NCBI RefSeq assembly: GCF_000143415.4
Contig: NW_003314287.1
Location: 1,323,514-1,387,513 of the forward strand
Reading direction: 5' to 3'
From: Selaginella moellendorffii
Lineage: Eukaryota > Plantae > Lycopodiophyta
DNA: 64,000 bases
Shown: in pieces, positions 46,481-59,437 of the stretch
Position numbering within the stretch: the stretch's first letter is position 1
Layout: every line of letters begins with the position of its first letter
Made by a program: the position numbers and the translations under genes
Notes under the pieces: generated by a model
Told to the model about the DNA's origin: nothing
Database searches by the model: none
Seen by the model: only the letters and a program-made list of their open reading frames with translations

Positions 46481-49400
46481 ACCCTTAACCCTCCAAGTGT
46501 TAAAATTATGAAGCTACAAAATTCATAAAATTATACTTTACAAAACCTTTATGGCCAGTATTTAGCAATCTGAAAATCTCATCATCTCTACTATATATTT
46601 CAGCTTGTTTTTTTCACTTCATTCTAGGAAGAAATGGACTTTTCTAAAAGCATAATATGTGTTTTTCTGATGATTTTTACTCTAGTTGCAAGTTCTAAAG
46701 ATGCAAACTTAGAAATTATACCAGCAAGCAAGCTCTATGAAAGTTCCCATAATAACAGGTTGCTCATGTTCTACATTTTATTGAATTGATCCATACATAA
46801 CATGCAATTGTACCTCTAAGAAATAAATGTTACTTATTAATATTAACTACCTTCATAAAGCTAATAAACTTTTTTTTGCAATTCTTAAACTTGGTCAATC
46901 TCTCAAGCTAGATGGTTAATGGAGTGGCCCAATGCTGCCAATCTCTAGCTTCAATAACAGCCACTACACATCCATAAGCAGCCTCAATGACAACGGATTA
47001 GTAATATCAACTCTAACCATATCGCTCTCTATCACTTCCAATCAAATGCCTAAATCCTGAGAAGGCGTTCAAGTTCTAGCTCCAAATCACTAACACTAAT
47101 ATCCAGCTATAGAAAATTCCCTTTTACAGGCAAGTAAGGAAATATGATTAGCCACCCAGATGACCATGGCAAGTAAGAACCAGTTATATGTCATCTATCC
47201 CAGGCAAATATTGGAGGAGGAGTATACTCAACAAGGGTATGCCTGTGTGGACAGCTAGTAGTAGTGTAGATCTTTGATCAAAACCAATAACCCAAGATTG
47301 ATTCTTGCAAGCAAGTTCAAGTGAGCCTTTTTATATTAATCAATTCATAAAGCACTCTTTTATTTTTGTCTTTCGACACTCTTTTGCTTCAAACTTGTAG
47401 TTGGCTACTAGAATATCATTACAAGACACAAATATGATTATAGTGTTATAGGGGTATAACCTCACTGTACACTCAAAATCCCATAAAAAACACTTGAAAA
47501 ATACCATTGAAAAATACATTCTATCATCCAATCTCACACTCTAAATATATCTAAGAATATCCCTAGAATCATACCCATGCTCTAGAGAGGATTACCCACA
47601 CCAAGAATCTATGGTCTACAAGTTGGAAAGGAATGGCATAAGTTTTACATGGTAATAAAGAAAAAAGGATGGATGATGAGGGAAATGGGATTTAAAAGAA
47701 GAAATGACAAGAGTTAAATAAAAAAAGAAAATTAATAAAAGAGTTTAAAACCTAGATCTTAGATAGCTAATTGGTTTTAGGGGCTCTTCAGCTATTGATT
47801 GAGTGGTTTTTCTAACTTTCTATTTATCCACTCATGTAGCACATTCCCATTTTTTATCTTCTCTTTTTCTTAAACTGATTTTGGGAGTCAAAGGTATTTG
47901 CAATGCAATGTTTTACATGTTCTGAGTATGGTCTCCATAGCAATGTTGGAGTAAACATTAATACTAAAAATTTTTGCTTGCTAAGAGAGGTAGAACAAGA
48001 TAAAAGTCATTCCATAAGGTCCTAGATGCCCTTATGTGCCAAGCCAACCTCATTCTGTGGCCTATGGGATTTAAGGTTGCCACAACTAAATTTGAAATGA
48101 ACAAGAAGTGAAGGGTTGGGAGGTTGGCTTAGGGTTTGCTCTTTGTTCATTTAAAATTTAGTTGTGATTATAACTTGTAGATAATAATGAAACCCTAGCT
48201 AAAACTTTGGTTAGTCTAGATGAGTAATGAAACATATCTAAAGCCAATCAAGGAGCATGCCAATCCTCATTCCTGATGAACACTCTTATCCAAGTGAAGC
48301 ATCATGTAGGAGGTGATATCATCCCCGAGTTGATGAACTTCCATCGACTTTATTGCTATTTGTGCACATTCGAACTCTTGTTAAATGTGTTGTTGGAAGA
48401 GAGGTGGTTTGTTGGCAAGGCCTAGGAGCTAATCCAACATCTATGGAGTTAACTAGAGAAGCTATAGAAAACTCATGCTTGGCCACATCAATTTCAAGTC
48501 CTCAACTAGTAAGTATGGTTAGTGTTGTTATAAAGCATGAGACATCTCCATCCATGGAATGTGTGTATCTTCCACACCTAAAGTTGTTGAGATACTACTG
48601 CTCTAGCTCTACTCTCGTCTCTAAAGAATATGTTTCTCAACATCTTGTCTTTGTACACCACCTTAATTTGCATTGGGATTGATTGATCAAGCATTTCCTT
48701 CTTACAAACTTTCTGACATGTCAAAGCATATGAAGCATCTAAGGAAGTTATTACATCCACTTGACTATCCAAGAGAAATTGAGATCCATGATCCACTTTT
48801 ACAAACTCCACAACATCTCAAAACTTGTTAAAAATTGTTCCTATACCAACTTCTTAATGGCTGACAATCATGGTAGTCTCAACTGAATAAAGCCAACCCT
48901 AACCATATGATCCTAGCCTAGTTTAGCTAGACTTCTCCAACATTCGAAAGCCTTCTCCAACTCTCATGGGAGAGCTCTCCAAGCCATGGCTGTTGTTCCT
49001 CAACAAAGTTATTGCCCTCATTATTGTAGCTAATGTGTTCATCCAAAAACTTCTCAGAAGTGGAGAATTCCACTAGATTGACACCTTTCCCCTTCATATC
49101 CCACAAAACTTGGTGTTACTGTGAAGATGATGCATTACCACCCTATGAAGATGCACTACCTACCAAGTAAACATTATTTGGCAATGGCCTTTGCTGGAAA
49201 ACTTGCTATTGTGGAGCTAGAGTTGACCTCTGAGACTATCCAAAACATATTAGGTAGTCTTTCTTTAACTAGCATTGATCCTCCTCATGCCCAAAATGCT
49301 TATAAAAGTCATATTGTTGCCTCAGTTGAGGCATTGACCCTGCTTCCTACTAATATGAGTGTGGTGAAAGAGCATTGTTATATCCTTGATCATCATCAAT

Positions 49401-49869
49401 AGGCTCTTGATCTAGCATTTGCTTGAGGAAGTTGTCTTTATTGGGGCTTTTGGTTTTAGGGGGAAATTAAGCTTAGGGATTAATAGAGGTCTTTTTCTCC
49501 TTTTTTTGCTCCTATGGTTTGGTTTTCACTATTTTTCTCAATCTGACTTCACAACTAGCATCTAGGGAGTGGCAAGAAGCACTCCTAGCAATGGCAATTC
49601 ATTCAAATCTGGGATTGGGAGATCCAAACAACTCTAACTTACACTCTAGAATTAGAGTTGTTGGGCCCTTTGTAGCTAGGGTTTCTAGGGTTGGCATTGG
49701 TAAAGTGTTCTAGTCCTAGGAGGCTCTAAAGTTATTTTGATGGTGGATGGATAATTGCAAAGGCTTTAGAAATATATGAATTTACTTGTTTTGACACATA
49801 ACAAAGACAATAGTGGTCAAGGATTGGTGGAGGTAAATCTCACTTTAGGGGTTGAAAAAGTTTTTAACT

Positions 49870-50384
49870 TTCTAGAGCCTTTTCGAAAGACCAAGTATTT
49901 TGTTTTGAGGATGATTGGGAAGAGAGGATTTTTGGATCTAGTGGCAGGGATTGCTACTATAATTAAGGGCCAATAGCTAATAGAAGTGATTTAATATTGT
50001 ATGTGTAGATATTAAGGAATGATGTTCCTTATATCTTGGGGTATTATAAGGATGTTAAGGTGTGGTCATGGGATGACCACTCATGGAAAGATGTCTTAAT
50101 TTTGGAGAAACAGGACTATGGTATAGATGGTTTTAGACTATCAATTAAACAAGGGCAAAGCCTTAGCATAACAAGTTAAGATATTAATAGTATCTTTAAG
50201 TGTCTAAACTAGGATCAGACATATAGAGCATTTGGACTAAGTGTGAAGCTAGTGTGGTCTTAATGTTGGATAGCAAGTTCCCTAAAACAAATGAGAATTT
50301 ATAAAAGTTGTAAGTGAAACTTTTATAAGTGGTCAAGAGTGTGGTTAAGTGACTAAAGTAAAATGGAAAATTTAATTACTTACA
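49870..50384 (+). mobile_element. Highly decayed LTR fragment of the B family
   Basis: End GTGTGGTTAAGTGACTAAAGTAAAATGGAAAA..ACTTACA is the reverse complement of the B LTR terminus; left boundary approximate. Confidence 0.75.
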
Positions 50385-50829
50385 TATGAAAGTTATGTTT
50401 GTCCACATTTTCTTGCAAAAAATTATCTCCTTCTTTAATGCTAGCTTGAGGTTTTATTCCTTTAACAATCTTTAGCATAACTTGTAATGTATATAGATTA
50501 TTCACCTCAAGATCACTTTCTAAATCTAGTTCATAATCACTATATGAATCATAGCTATTGTTATTGCTCATGGGAGATTCTTTTAGCACATTTGTAGGAT
50601 TCTATTGCACAACTACATTAACTTGCTTCTTCTCATCACATATAATCATTCTTAGTATATACCTTATGTAGTCAAGGATGTCCAATAAAATAAATAAATT
50701 TATAAAATTTTAAAAAATTCAAAATTTAGGATAACCATCACTCCTTTTCTTTAGATGAATGACGTGCACGGTGGATATCCCATAAACTGTTATGAAAAGA
50801 TTATTAATCATTCTAATCAGCTTCATTAA

Positions 50830-50991
50830 TGTAGTGCACCTTATCTCTCTCCCCTTAAGCCAACTGGAAAAGGGGCAATTGCTTGATAAGAGAGCCCTTA
50901 GTGGCTATTTTATCCCTATTTATCTCCCAAGGTTCTAAGGATCCACGGTGACAGTATATCCAAATCTCATCCCATGATCACATGTGCTACA
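50830..50991 (-). mobile_element. Solo LTR of the 18.3-kb TRIM family
   Basis: Reverse complement of 18824-18985; TG..CA; TSD ATTAA on both sides. Confidence 0.93.
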
Positions 50992-52063
50992 ATTAATGAT
51001 CACTTGCCACTCTAATTTTCTACCTCGAAGGCTGAGTATATTTCAACCCAAGTTTCTCCATCAGTTAGTTGCTCATGATACATATGGCTACATCACCATC
51101 CACTAAAATCCTTTATACTCAAATCCTTTCAAGAATAGCTTCTATCATTAAAACATCCATATTAGCTTTAGTAGTGAGAGTTTGCACTTTATATACTATC
51201 CATCTTTTTTCTTTCTCACTCTTGTACTTTTGCAATCCTGGTCATTTGGAGCAAAGTTAAACAATAATAATGTTTGCATAAATTTCATTTAAATCACTTT
51301 TGATGGAATACTCTTTTTAGCCTTTACCAATCTTCATATCTTAGATCCCAACCTTTTAACAAGGTTGTGCCACTTTGTTTATTTTTTTCTTAGTAGAGCA
51401 AATTTCCACTAGATCCAACTTTAGTTGCTCCCCTCAAGGCCTCTTTATAGCAAGCACATCTTGATCTTTGGAATTAAGATATTTGTTATTGCCACTTGAA
51501 ACTTTTTTAAAATTTACTTTTGGCTCTATGGGGGTGGCCTTTGTGCACGATCCTTTGGTAATTGACCATTATAAGGTGATTTTTGCGCTCGTCATCACCA
51601 GGTTCCTTGTCTCTAGCACACCACCAGGTGAGTGCGATTTTTTATCTCAAAAAATTGATTGAAATACATGTTTTGGAGATGCTTTTCTTCCAATTCTTGG
51701 GGCAAATCAATTGGCCAACAGCCGCACATTGCATGTGGATGTGGAGGAGAAACAAGAGTGGCAAGTTGTAGATCATGAGTTCATTCAGAATGTGGTTGTG
51801 TTACCCAAGGAGGTACTGTTCTTGATCAAGAGACTGCCTTTCTATCACTTTCTGACCTAACAAGCTACTGACTTGCGTTTTTGACAACAACACTGAAGCT
51901 GAGGTTCGTGGGATTGACAGGCAGCAATCCTCATCGAAATTCTGGAAATCAATCTACCACTGTTCTGCTAAGAAAACAACATTCAAACTTAGCGCTTCTG
52001 AATTCGCTAACGAGACCCGACCTCCTAAGCTGCTGCCTAAAAAACTCACTCTCTCCCCCCACC

Positions 52064-53518
52064 TCAAACCTGCTTCACCAAGTTGTTGACGAAATGCAGA
52101 TCGTGCGCTGGTTCGATCGGCTTCTTATACTTGGCGTCCTGGTGCCAAGCGTGCTCAGGATTCAGTACAGCCGGATACGTAGCTTCACCAATCTTCCCAG
52201 CCCAGTCGAAATCAATGAACATGACGTCAAAAGAGCCATCAGCTCTAGAGCGGAGCTTGATATTGGGAAGCCTCAAATCACCATGGACGTACCCTGTTTC
52301 ATGGCCCTTGATAGCCGCAGCCTTGATGCACTCGGTTAGCCTGTTCAGAGACTCGGGATCTCGTGCACAATCCGAAACCACCTGCTTTGCATCCTGCCAT
52401 CCATCCTCCTTCCGCAGGTACACCATTTCAACCTGTATCCAGCCACCTCCAATCTCCACAGCACTGTGAAGAGTTGGTGCCACATTCGCCTTTGCCCAAA
52501 GCTTGTGAGCTTCTGAGGAGTAGAGCCGAGTGAGCTTGGCGAGTCTCGTAGGTTCCAGCACAAACACCAGCCTCTCTTCCAGCTGCTGTAAGGGCTTGTC
52601 TCTGAACATGAACGGCACTGCGGGGTGGACACGAGCTTTGGGATCATACTGGTCACAAAAGAGACGAACAGCTCTCAGGGTGGCCGCCAGCACGTTGAGA
52701 TCTTCAAACTCTTGTGCACCATAGCAGTTGACAAAACTTGTCAGCGGCTCCGCAAACACCTTCTCTGTATCCCAATCCATGACAACTGCCACGGCTTGAA
52801 TGTAGGGGCATGCTAGCAAGACGAGCAAACCATACGACTGCCGAAATCCTGCGTCCCGAGTGGACAAGAACCGCCTTCTCAGGTACTCCAGCCCCTGGAA
52901 GTAGCCATCCGCAGGCTGCAACTTGTGCTCAAATACAACCATCTGACCCTCCACCACCCCATCCCCTGGCTTGCCATCTATGTCAGTCCGTGACACAAAG
53001 CGGCAGAGGTAGCTCTGGAAGAGTTTGTTCACGGCGGGTGTCATCTGAGTAACTTCATCATCCCAGCCTACAGAGCACAGGTTCCACAATTGGTGAGCCG
53101 TATCAATGTCCACCTCTTCCACCTCAGTCGTCGCGCGTGCATTCATGCGGAAGCTGAAGAAGCTGCTCTCAACCAGAGCAAGAGGCACAAGGGGACGTGA
53201 TTCTGGAGGGCCCCTGTAGCAGATAAACCTGGGACCGCGTTCTTCATCGAACTGCACTTCTCTTGCTGCACTGTGACGGACCAAGTCGGAGGGATTCTCC
53301 TCCTTGCCCTCTTTTTCCTTTAGCCTAGCTACTTCCTCCAGCGGTAGCTCGTTCAGCTGCCCTTCTCCCACCAGCTGAGCGACGACCGACATCGTCTTCA
53401 GCTTCCCGGCGGAAATCTTCAAGTCCGCAGCAGCAGCTGATAGAGTTTTCGCAGACTTATTGGAATTCTTCCTAACACTAGTCGACCTTGCGGACCCTGC
53501 AGTACCTGACTTGGCCAT
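52064..53518 (-). CDS. Intronless atypical kinase with a candidate PD-(D/E)XK nuclease domain (Crinkler/CR-effector-like)
   Basis: 484 aa; HGDLRLPNI and IDFDWAG..YP..LN kinase motifs; upstream DG-x8-EHK..YFQ..EY motif. Confidence 0.75.
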   Translation of the reverse strand: MAKSGTAGSARSTSVRKNSNKSAKTLSAAAADLKISAGKLKTMSVVAQLVGEGQLNELPLEEVARLKEKEGKEENPSDLVRHSAAREVQFDEERGPRFICYRGPPESRPLVPLALVESSFFSFRMNARATTEVEEVDIDTAHQLWNLCSVGWDDEVTQMTPAVNKLFQSYLCRFVSRTDIDGKPGDGVVEGQMVVFEHKLQPADGYFQGLEYLRRRFLSTRDAGFRQSYGLLVLLACPYIQAVAVVMDWDTEKVFAEPLTSFVNCYGAQEFEDLNVLAATLRAVRLFCDQYDPKARVHPAVPFMFRDKPLQQLEERLVFVLEPTRLAKLTRLYSSEAHKLWAKANVAPTLHSAVEIGGGWIQVEMVYLRKEDGWQDAKQVVSDCARDPESLNRLTECIKAAAIKGHETGYVHGDLRLPNIKLRSRADGSFDVMFIDFDWAGKIGEATYPAVLNPEHAWHQDAKYKKPIEPAHDLHFVNNLVKQV

Positions 53519-53657
53519 CTCCTGCTAGGGCTAGGGCATAACGATTCATAATATTTCATATCTTATTCTTCAATTTGTTCTAAATTTGCCTCATTTTCTC
53601 TAGGAAAGCTGTGACTTCTTAAGAAAAAATATACTGATCTATCCGGAGAACACAAGT

Positions 53658-54516
53658 CTAGACTTGGAGGCAGCAAGTTGACGAGGATCCAAAGCCGCCA
53701 GCACACCTGAGACTACTGTTGGGTTGTGGTATCTGGATAGAAGAAGACGAAGAAGGCATGAAACTCACTGGAGGAGGATGGTGCCATCGCGGGAGAGGGA
53801 GGTGGGGGACGTGAGAGAGCCGAGGAGGAGCGGCGGCCAGCATAAGGTTGTGGAGCAAAGGACCCGCTTGCATCACCGCGTCGAGGAGATGGCCTCTCTC
53901 GGGAAGAGCGCTCGTCACCACTGCGGCCTCGAGATCATCCATCGCTGCTGCATTGCGTGGGGAAGTCTTAGATAGTGGTGGATTGCCGAGAAAGAATCCA
54001 GCAGCAGCAGCGTCGGCGTGAAAAGGATGATCCAGCGATGGAGCGCTAAGATCAAGGACCACAGTAGTGTCGTCGAGGGCTACGTCGTTGAGGAGGAAGG
54101 AGTAGTCGCCCGCTGGATCGGGGAGCTCTTCCCAGGAAGAAGTTATGGTGGCTGCGGATGGATCGAAAGCTTTTTCCCGGGCTTCGTCTCGTTCCCTTTG
54201 AGCTGCTCGCAGGAGCTCCTCGAGATGAGTGAGCTTGCAAGTGTAGATTTGCTCCTGGCTCTTGGCGGCCTGTCTCGCGGATTCCAGCTCCATAGACGTG
54301 CACGCTAGCAGATGCCGTAACTCCTCGAGGTTCTGTGAAACAAAAGAAAGTGATGTTTCACGAGTTTTGATGTAACCCACTAGCTAGAATGACCCAAGTG
54401 ATGAATTCCTAGCAACAATCTATCTCAAATGACGCGATATTTACCTCTGAGCTCCAGCATTCCAGCTCTGGAGCCGAAGTAATGCTCTCATCCATGGATG
54501 ACGCGCTCCTCTCCAT
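53658..54516 (-). CDS. DUF1635-family protein, two exons (intron 54333-54444)
   Basis: Coiled-coil N-terminus with ERDEARE; LPERGHLLDAVMQAGPLL..PLPRWHHPPP signature; the 72-nt exon 1 splices in frame. Confidence 0.85.
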
Positions 54517-54770
54517 GGCGCTGATCGAAAAAGGGGAAGAGCATGGATTGGAAATGAGGGCTAGGGCTCTTGTCCCTCCAAAAACACATTTCAAAAGGAA
54601 TACTTTCCCTTCTCGTCGTGCTGCCGTTTGAAAGGAGAATTCGAAAAGATGTAAAAGTTGTGACGGGCTTTTTTAGAAACTTTCTTTCAAGCCGCTGTAA
54701 AATCTGGAGTTCCCACCAAGATCTCTCCTTGGTTTTAAAAATTTTCCCATCTGATCGTCTCAAGGGGAAA

Positions 54771-56549
54771 TTAAACAACATAACTTGAAATAGTGGAGAG
54801 CAAAACATAGGCAGAAGCATGGTGTGGGCTCGTTGCCAAAAGCTGCTCTGTTGCGTGGAACCCTCGAGCAGCATCATCGTGAGTTCTACACGCAGAAAGC
54901 AGTGGAAGCCACCCCAAAGCTCGGTCACCATCGCTATGCAAAGCATCGATGCTTACAATAGCTTCGGCCTCGTCCAAGAATCCAAGCCGGCCAAGCAAAT
55001 CCACAGCACAGGCATTGTGAAGAGCGCTTGGCTCCAAGCCGTAGTCACTCTGAAGCCGGGAGAAATAGCTCAGGCCCGTTTCTAGAATGCCGCATTGGCT
55101 ACAAAGTGTGAGAATGTTCACAAAGGTGGCCCCGTCTGGACGAACGCCTTGGAGCTCCATTTCTCGACACAAGCCCAATCCATCGCTAGCTTGAAGCTCT
55201 TCCAGCCCGTGCAGCGCGGCATAGGCAGCGGCCATGGCATTCCAGGTGACGGTGGTTTTGATCCTCATGCTTTCGAAGACTTCTTTTGCAGCATTGAGGT
55301 CACCACACTTGGCATACATGTCAAGCAAAGAAGTTCCCAGCACCACCGATTTGCTACCCAGGTATCCATTGCTCGTTACCTCTCTGTGAAGCATTCTTCC
55401 CGTGTTTAAGTCTTGGAGAGCAGCGCAAGCATCCAAGACACTGCTCAGTGTCATTTCGTTTGGAACCACGCCTTCCAAGTCCATATTTCTGAACAAAACG
55501 AATGCCTCGCCGTGTTGCTCCTCTTTGATGTAAACTCCAACCATGGCTGTCCATAGCACCACATCTCCTCTTCCACTACCCTTTTCCAGTAGTCTTTGAA
55601 ACACCATCTTGGCTTCGTCCAAGCATTGAAGGCCACAGCGCCCATACATTGCTATGACGGCCGTGCAGACCATGGCATCTAGATGAAACCCAGCTGCGTC
55701 TGCATGGCTGTGCACCATCCTTCCACGAGCCAGAGAGCCTCCACACGCCTCCAAGCACGTCACCATTGTGATTCCGTCAGCTTTCATACCCTCTGCACAC
55801 ATTCTCGCATAGAAGTCAAGTGCCTTGTCAAAATGCCCAAGCTGGGTATGAGCTCCAATGATCGCATTCCAGGACACAGTGTCATCTCTTCCCTGTTCTT
55901 GTATTGAGCGGAAGATGATGTTTGATTCTTGCAAACATCCACATCTTGCGTACATAGAAATGATGGAATTTGCAACATTGACACAGGCATCTGCTACTCC
56001 ACTCTCAATTGCAATGCTTCCAACGAGTCTAGAATGGTAGGACAAACCAATGCAAGCACTAGAAACACTCACGAATGTTCTCTCGTTTGGTCGGAGGCCT
56101 TCTAAATTCATGGCACAAAATACTCGAAGGGCTTGATTGCTGTTCTCTGCTTGTGCAAATGAAGCTATCATGGTGTTCCATGCAGCCAAATCTTTGTAAG
56201 ACATGCTGTTAAACACAAGCCTTGCTTCTTCTAAATGCCCATTGTAGGCATATGCAGAAAAAAGCATTGTCCACGAAAACACATTGGGTTCTGGAATGGT
56301 ATCAAACACCATCTTTGAATCACTCAAACAACCGCACTGTGAGTACATGTAAACCAGCAAATTCGAGACAACAATGGTGTTTTCTTGCTGCTCGAACCTG
56401 GATATCAACGAGTGCAAACGTTTGCCGAGGACTGGAGACTTCACCTCTCCACACTGCTTTACAAGAGTTGCCAAAGCATGCCTTCTTGGAGACTTGGTGT
56501 GTAACTCGAGCGCTTCCAAGGCGTCAAGCAGCACAGCTTTCTTTCCCAT
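54771..56549 (-). CDS. PLS-class pentatricopeptide repeat protein
   Basis: 592-aa intronless ORF with MYARCG/MYAKCG repeats and an E-like tail (ASAYVLLS). Confidence 0.93.
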   Translation of the reverse strand: MGKKAVLLDALEALELHTKSPRRHALATLVKQCGEVKSPVLGKRLHSLISRFEQQENTIVVSNLLVYMYSQCGCLSDSKMVFDTIPEPNVFSWTMLFSAYAYNGHLEEARLVFNSMSYKDLAAWNTMIASFAQAENSNQALRVFCAMNLEGLRPNERTFVSVSSACIGLSYHSRLVGSIAIESGVADACVNVANSIISMYARCGCLQESNIIFRSIQEQGRDDTVSWNAIIGAHTQLGHFDKALDFYARMCAEGMKADGITMVTCLEACGGSLARGRMVHSHADAAGFHLDAMVCTAVIAMYGRCGLQCLDEAKMVFQRLLEKGSGRGDVVLWTAMVGVYIKEEQHGEAFVLFRNMDLEGVVPNEMTLSSVLDACAALQDLNTGRMLHREVTSNGYLGSKSVVLGTSLLDMYAKCGDLNAAKEVFESMRIKTTVTWNAMAAAYAALHGLEELQASDGLGLCREMELQGVRPDGATFVNILTLCSQCGILETGLSYFSRLQSDYGLEPSALHNACAVDLLGRLGFLDEAEAIVSIDALHSDGDRALGWLPLLSACRTHDDAARGFHATEQLLATSPHHASAYVLLSTISSYVV

Positions 56550-57587
56550 ACGAATGACCAGAGCATGTCATTTTTCTTCCAAGTGCCTGGATGAGTTGTG
56601 ACTTTTATATGGCTATAATGCTGATATGACTGTCGAGTCAGATGAGGGATGACAACGAGGAGTTGTGATTGATCTGCCATAGTCGAGACAAAGGAGCTTG
56701 CACAAGCTCCTAACCCGGACACGCTCGCCCAGGGGGGGTTCACACAAATCTCCCAAGTATGGCAGCACAATCATTATCTGATTGGGGAACATTTCCCGGC
56801 TGATCATGGACTTTGTAGATCAGTCTCACTACCCTTTACTCCAGAGCTTGGGCAAGAAACTGAACCTATCAAGCGGTCTGCTCAAGGGCTCCTGTGTCTA
56901 GCCATATATAGTGAATTTAAGTTCCTTTTTAAGCTCCCAATGGCATCATTCATGCACCAATGCAGTGGATTCAGTACATCATCACAATTGTGATAGTCTG
57001 TCCCCATCCTACTTCTAACGGTCCAGTGGGCTTCCCATGTCAAATAGTATTTTGTATCATTGAAACAAACGGCATCATGAATATTCTAAAGTATTAATGA
57101 GCATTTTTAGGGCAGTGTATAGCACAAAAGAGAAACCAATGGCGTTTTCACAGGCAAGCATAGATCTCTCCTTCTAGCAAGCTAGCCCATCATTCTCTAA
57201 GATCTCAGTCCCTTGCTTGTGTGTGGCTTTTGCAAGATAACAAGGGATTATTGTGGAACATGTTAATTGGCACCATCTAAAGGAAACATCGTTGTCAGCA
57301 AACCAAATCTATGCGAAGCCGCTACACACTTCAGGACAACAAGAGTGTGATTGAGCAATACCAGGAGGGACACAGTGCTTGAATATTTAAGAATAAGACA
57401 TTATGAGAATTTTTTAGTAATTTAACTCCCTTAATTCTCTGGCTTAGTTCTTCTATTTAGCTTGTCATTGAATAATACCAGCAGGCAGGGCAGTAGTCTT
57501 TACTCTTCTTCCTCCTCCTACTCGCGACTCAGCAGCATTCTGTGACTATGAAAATGCATAAACCAAGATGCAAACTAGACCCAAAAA

Positions 57588-58493
57588 TTAAAATAAACTC
57601 AAAATTTTATAAATACTATCTGTATTTGTATCTTGTAGAAAAGGTTCCCCTAAGTTATTTATATGTAATACAAGACAAAGCATAAGACATTCTAACTCTT
57701 TACAACTTAATTCAATCAGCCAAACTCCACCATTTGTGCCCCATATTCCAACTTTGCCATTAATTAAAACTTGCAAATAACAATTGCTATCCTTTCCTTG
57801 AGTATCACTTGACCAATATACAGTACCTGTTTGGATATGATTAAGCATAAGATTACATTGGTATAATGTAAGTCTGAATTTAAAATTGGATGAAATGATA
57901 CTGTTTCCATCTTCAATATAAGAACCTATACTCCTTAAAGTTCCTGCTGATATTATAAAAGAGTATGGCCAACATAACTCTAGTGACAATTCATTCGTAT
58001 TTAATATTTGTGGTAAATTTGGCAGTGGTTGATTAGGATTTCTTGTTTTAGGACTCTCTGTGAAATAATCAGCATACAAATATGGCTTAGTAACTCCTAT
58101 ATGACCATAAGCTTTAGCACGTATTGCAATCTCTATTAAATCAACCATTTCTTTATAATTATCTATTAAAAATTTACCTGTGGCATATAGCTTTTTACTT
58201 GTTCTAGATTCTATACTACAATCTGTAGACCGTCTATCACTTTGCTGAAATGTTTGAAATCTCATATATGTCAAAGGAACACTTGTAGGATATGCCCATG
58301 CAATACCTAGTTCATATTGTGTTTCATTTTGAATATTTGCAGTTGTAGGAAGATTTTTGATTGATTGTACAATTAGATCTATATGAGCATTAGAAAAATG
58401 CCATGGCAATACAGCTATCCAAATTTCAAGTCTAGATTGACAAGCAATTGCTATTAAACTTATTATCAATATAACTAATGCTTTTGACAACAA
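57588..58493 (-). CDS. AT-rich ORF with a hydrophobic N-terminus and a C-terminal bulb-type (B) lectin-like domain
   Basis: 301 codons; ISSNFKFRLTLYQCNL..YWSSDT.GK..NCYL.V..NG pattern; begins at TTG, so it may be partial or decayed. Confidence 0.5.
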   Translation of the reverse strand: MLSKALVILIISLIAIACQSRLEIWIAVLPWHFSNAHIDLIVQSIKNLPTTANIQNETQYELGIAWAYPTSVPLTYMRFQTFQQSDRRSTDCSIESRTSKKLYATGKFLIDNYKEMVDLIEIAIRAKAYGHIGVTKPYLYADYFTESPKTRNPNQPLPNLPQILNTNELSLELCWPYSFIISAGTLRSIGSYIEDGNSIISSNFKFRLTLYQCNLMLNHIQTGTVYWSSDTQGKDSNCYLQVLINGKVGIWGTNGGVWLIELSCKELECLMLCLVLHINNLGEPFLQDTNTDSIYKILSLF

Positions 58494-59204
58494 CCAATCA
58501 CATCAAAATATTGGACACGCCTACCTATGCATAATAATACAAGTATATATGATTTTTAATGTAATGTGTACAAGTGTAGTAAACTTATTATAATTAACGC
58601 CATTACTATTCCTTATTTACTAAGGATACAATCTAAATGCTCCATATGGCAAGGTTCTATACTTCTATTGCATTGCCTTCCAGCTTTGGTAGCTTGAAGG
58701 ATTTGGTTTCAAAGGAACACAAAGGGGAGGATCTAGTGGCGGAGATTGGGGCCACGTTTAGGGAATCAAATGTTTAATATTATATAAAAGAAGTTTTCTT
58801 ACATGCTTGAGAAAAGGCTTTAAATTTTGCATTTATGTTATTTGATTTGCTAATTTCTTTGAGCTTGATTTCTTATCCTTCATCATTCTTGATTCTTGAA
58901 GAATGTATTTTTTAGTGCTTGAATGTTGCTCCTTATTTCTTGTGGTAGATAAAGCTTTCTCATGATGCTTTATCATATTTTTTGCTCTAAATCTTGACAC
59001 TGTATATGGTATAGTGAGCAAAAATATGATGTAAAAAGGTAGATTCTAAAAGGAATAGTAATAATAATAATAGTGAGTAAAAATAATTAAAAAAAGACAT
59101 TTTTTTTAATAATCTATAGACAATTTAATGTTTGTTTTTTTAGTTATACCTAAAAATATGTAGCACAGATTCTATAAAGAATTATAAATAAAATCTAACC
59201 CTTA

Positions 59205-59437
59205 GGGTGGGGTCCTCCCATGTGAAGTTTTTCAAGGGGGAAAATTTATAAGGGGGAACTTAGTGTCCCCCCCTCCTTGAGAATTTTGGTAGAACAAACC
59301 AATAAAATGGTGTCATGTATAAAATGTTATTCATTACTTATAAAATACAAAATAAATTTAACTAAGAACCTTAAAGTTTTAGAAAGGGGAATTGGGGTGA
59401 AGAAATTTCTATATAGGGGACACATGGAATAATGCCC
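59205..59437. mobile_element. Possible decayed Tourist/Harbinger-type MITE
   Basis: TTA|GGG...CCC|TTA ends with an imperfect inverted repeat (CCATGTG/CACATGG). Confidence 0.35.
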
